64,000 bases of DNA, from NCBI GenBank assembly GCA_041946735.1, contig JBHGAY010000006.1, positions 103,084 through 167,083 of the forward strand. Reading direction: 5' to 3'. Within the stretch, counting starts at the first letter, position 1; each line of letters begins with the position of its first letter. Source of the stretch: Candidatus Eiseniibacteriota bacterium (GTDB taxonomy: Bacteria; Eisenbacteria; RBG-16-71-46; CAIMUX01; VGJL01). The notes beneath the pieces were generated by a model. The model did not search any database. It saw only the letters and a program-made list of their open reading frames with translations, and had not been told where the DNA came from. Made by a program: the position numbers and the translations under genes. Below are positions 61,470-64,000 of this stretch, in pieces.

Positions 61470-63683
61470 CTACTGAATCTTCAGCACCGGCTGGGCGATC
61501 GACCGTCCTTCGAAGGAGGCGCGCACGTAGTAGACGCCCGCCGGAGCGGATCCCGCGCCCGACCAGTGCAGCTCGAGACCGCCGGCGCCCGCCCAGCCAT
61601 CATGCAGGGTAGCGAGCCGGCGCCCAGCCACGTCGTAGACGCCAACCGTGAGCAGTCCCGCCCGGGCGAGCTGCACGCGGACCTTGCCCTCGTCGCCTAC
61701 CGGGTTCGATGCGAGGATCCGCAGCGCCGCAGCGCCGCCGTCGACCGCGCTCCCTTCGATCCCTGCCGCGGTCGGTCCAAGAACGAGGAACGATCCGCCG
61801 CCCGAGAGATAGACATAGCAGTCACGGATCGCGAGCCAGCCGCCCGAGCCGTCCCCCGTCCCGACCTCGACCGGGTCGCTCGGCATGGAGACGTCGTACA
61901 CGCGCACGCCCGGATCGGCCGCCGCGAAGAGGCGGTCGCCGGCGAGCTGCAGTCCGTTGAGCCACCCGGGGAGCTGGATCTCGCGGATCGAGCGAGGCGC
62001 GTCGGGATTCGTCACGTCGTAGACGCCGAGCCGGTTGTGCCCCAGGTCGGCGTAGACATAGGAGCCGTTGGTGACGACGTGGTACATCCAGTCGAATGTG
62101 TCGACGGAGCCGCGCATGAAGGGCTGCGCCGGATCGGAGATGTCGACGACGACCAGTCCGACGTTGCTGTTGCCGATGTAAGCGAAGTTTCCGTGGACGC
62201 ACACCTCCCATGCCCAGCGCGGGACCGTGCAACCGCCGAGAATGACCGGATTCGCGGGATCGTGAATGTCCACCGTCGTGAAGCGCTCGTCCTTGACGAT
62301 GTACGCGCGGTCGCCGGCGATCGCGATGCCACTGACCGGCAGGTCGAGATGGGCGACCAGCTCGGGATTCGCGAGGTCGCCGACGTCCACGACGTCCAGT
62401 CCCGCATCGCGATTGCCCAGGAATGCGTACTCGCCGGAGAGAGCGATCGCCTGTGGGTGGATCGCGAGCGGAAGCCAGGAGATCTGCTCGGGACGGAGCG
62501 CATCGGCGATGTCCACGATATGGAGCCCGGAGTAGGCGTCCGCGACGTAGGCGGCGCGGTCGTCGACTGCGACGCCGCGGAGCCAGCCGGACTCCCAGTA
62601 GCTGCCCAGCGGCTGCGGCTCGGCGGGATCGCTCACGTCCAGGGTCGTCAGGCCCGTGTAGCCGTTGGCCACGTAGGCGACGTCGCCTGCAAAGTCGAGA
62701 TCGTTCGAGTCGCCTTCGGTGACCATGTGGCCGACGACCACAGGGTTGGCGGGATCGGAGAAGTCGAGGATCACTGCGCAACCATCGCCGTCCGTGACAT
62801 AGGCGAGCCCACCATGGAAGAAGATCTCACGCGACCACTCGGTCCCCCGGTACTCGCCGAGGAAGACCGGATTGGTGGGGTCGGCAAGGTCGTAGACCAT
62901 GATGCCGCTCTCGTCGCGCAGCCCGCCGGCGCCAAAGGCCGCTACTCCGCCGGCGCCAAAGGCCGCGCCTCCGTCCGCCCCGCCGCCGTCCTGCTTCTTC
63001 TCGCCGCTCGTCCAGAGGCAGTACGCGCGGTTGCCGTCGACGCGGAGCCCCATGAAGGAGAAGAAGTCCCAGCGAGCGACCAGGTGCGGATCGTCCGGCT
63101 GAGAGACGTCGATGACGCAGGTGCCTTCGTGATAGCCGGGCATGTAGACATACTTGCCGGCGACGGCGATGTTGAACCCGTAGGCCGGGCAGGAGCCGAG
63201 CAGAACAGGGGCGGCCGGATTGCTGAAGTCCACGATCTGGAGGACACTCTCACCGTCCCAGCACGCCACGTAGGCGAGGTTCTTCGTGATCGCGAAGTCG
63301 ACCATCTCTTCGGCCTGATAGCAGCCGACCTCGGTCGGATGCTTCGGATCATGGACGTCGATGATCCGGATCCCGTTGTCCCTGCCGACGAACGCGTACG
63401 GCCAGGAGACTTCGACCCGGTGGTTGCCGCCGTAGGCGTAGGTGCGCCCCAAGAGCAACGGATTGGCCGGATCGCTCACGTCGAAGACGGCGAACCCGCT
63501 CCCGTACACCACGTACGCCTTGCCGTCGACGACGCGGACGCTGTTCGCGCCATGCCAGAGCGAGGAGGACAAGAAGCTCGGTGCATCGGGCGGGACGGCG
63601 AGGGCGCTCGTTGGAATCGAGACCGACGCGGTCGATAAGACGAGCAGAACTGCGAGCGGAAGCAACATGCGGCCCATGATCAC
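61470..63683 (-). CDS. Secreted LVIVD-repeat protein with C-terminal secretion-tail domain
   Basis: Signal peptide; more than 10 repeats of aYVa....Gl.i.DvSdPa.P..lG; NPV..VYDVAGRRL..PAGVYYVRA. Confidence 0.88.
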   Translation of the reverse strand: MIMGRMLLPLAVLLVLSTASVSIPTSALAVPPDAPSFLSSSLWHGANSVRVVDGKAYVVYGSGFAVFDVSDPANPLLLGRTYAYGGNHRVEVSWPYAFVGRDNGIRIIDVHDPKHPTEVGCYQAEEMVDFAITKNLAYVACWDGESVLQIVDFSNPAAPVLLGSCPAYGFNIAVAGKYVYMPGYHEGTCVIDVSQPDDPHLVARWDFFSFMGLRVDGNRAYCLWTSGEKKQDGGGADGGAAFGAGGVAAFGAGGLRDESGIMVYDLADPTNPVFLGEYRGTEWSREIFFHGGLAYVTDGDGCAVILDFSDPANPVVVGHMVTEGDSNDLDFAGDVAYVANGYTGLTTLDVSDPAEPQPLGSYWESGWLRGVAVDDRAAYVADAYSGLHIVDIADALRPEQISWLPLAIHPQAIALSGEYAFLGNRDAGLDVVDVGDLANPELVAHLDLPVSGIAIAGDRAYIVKDERFTTVDIHDPANPVILGGCTVPRWAWEVCVHGNFAYIGNSNVGLVVVDISDPAQPFMRGSVDTFDWMYHVVTNGSYVYADLGHNRLGVYDVTNPDAPRSIREIQLPGWLNGLQLAGDRLFAAADPGVRVYDVSMPSDPVEVGTGDGSGGWLAIRDCYVYLSGGGSFLVLGPTAAGIEGSAVDGGAAALRILASNPVGDEGKVRVQLARAGLLTVGVYDVAGRRLATLHDGWAGAGGLELHWSGAGSAPAGVYYVRASFEGRSIAQPVLKIQ

Positions 63684-64000
63684 TCCCTTCTTGATGGACG
63701 TTTGCGAGGCAGCGCAATTCTAGTGCCCGAAGGGGGGAGAGTCCAGGAAGGGCCGTCCCCGGACGGGGCAATCCGGGAGGAGGAAGAGGCTCGAGCGGGA
63801 GCCGCGTCCTATGCTTCTGCATTACGCGACACGGACATACGGTTACCAGGATGCGGGCGAACACCCTCTCCGGTCTCGCTGAAGAGATCCTGCTCCGCGC
63901 CCTGCTCGTCGCGTTCCTCGCAGCCGGAATCGACTCTCAGTCCCCGATGCTCTATCCTCGATCTGCCTCGAAGTACGAGGCCCCCGAACGCCCACGGGCC

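Overview
High-GC, gene-dense bacterial chromosomal segment with about 45 CDSs and no rRNA, tRNA or CRISPR array that I can see. It encodes outer-membrane barrels and a TonB-dependent receptor. Six secreted proteins end in a FlgD-Ig/'secretion tail'-like domain, and one gene remnant ends in TWGRIR. Together these suggest a diderm FCB-related lineage such as Ca. Eisenbacteria, Krumholzibacteriota or Latescibacterota (inference only). Main blocks: (i) an apparent island at ~3.95-10.6 kb with nikR - TonB-dependent receptor - ECF S component - SAM methyltransferase - EcfT - EcfA, preceded by a sigma70 promoter with an overlapping NikR-type operator and bracketed by remnants of the same DDE integrase; (ii) an ECF sigma factor coupled to a soluble Ser/Thr kinase-STAND ATPase-TPR protein; (iii) two tricorn protease paralogues, one coupled to a CBM9/DUF5916-like outer-membrane protein and divergent from proline iminopeptidase; (iv) a NEW3-like membrane protein + ABC-2 transporter + two-component system operon; (v) housekeeping and stress genes (NAD-IDH family, trxC, D,D-dipeptidase, hppA, NTPase, Hsp33, SpoU methylase, amrS). 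All family calls come from motif recognition by eye; no database searches were run. Many start codons were re-picked from RBS or gene-overlap context and remain uncertain.
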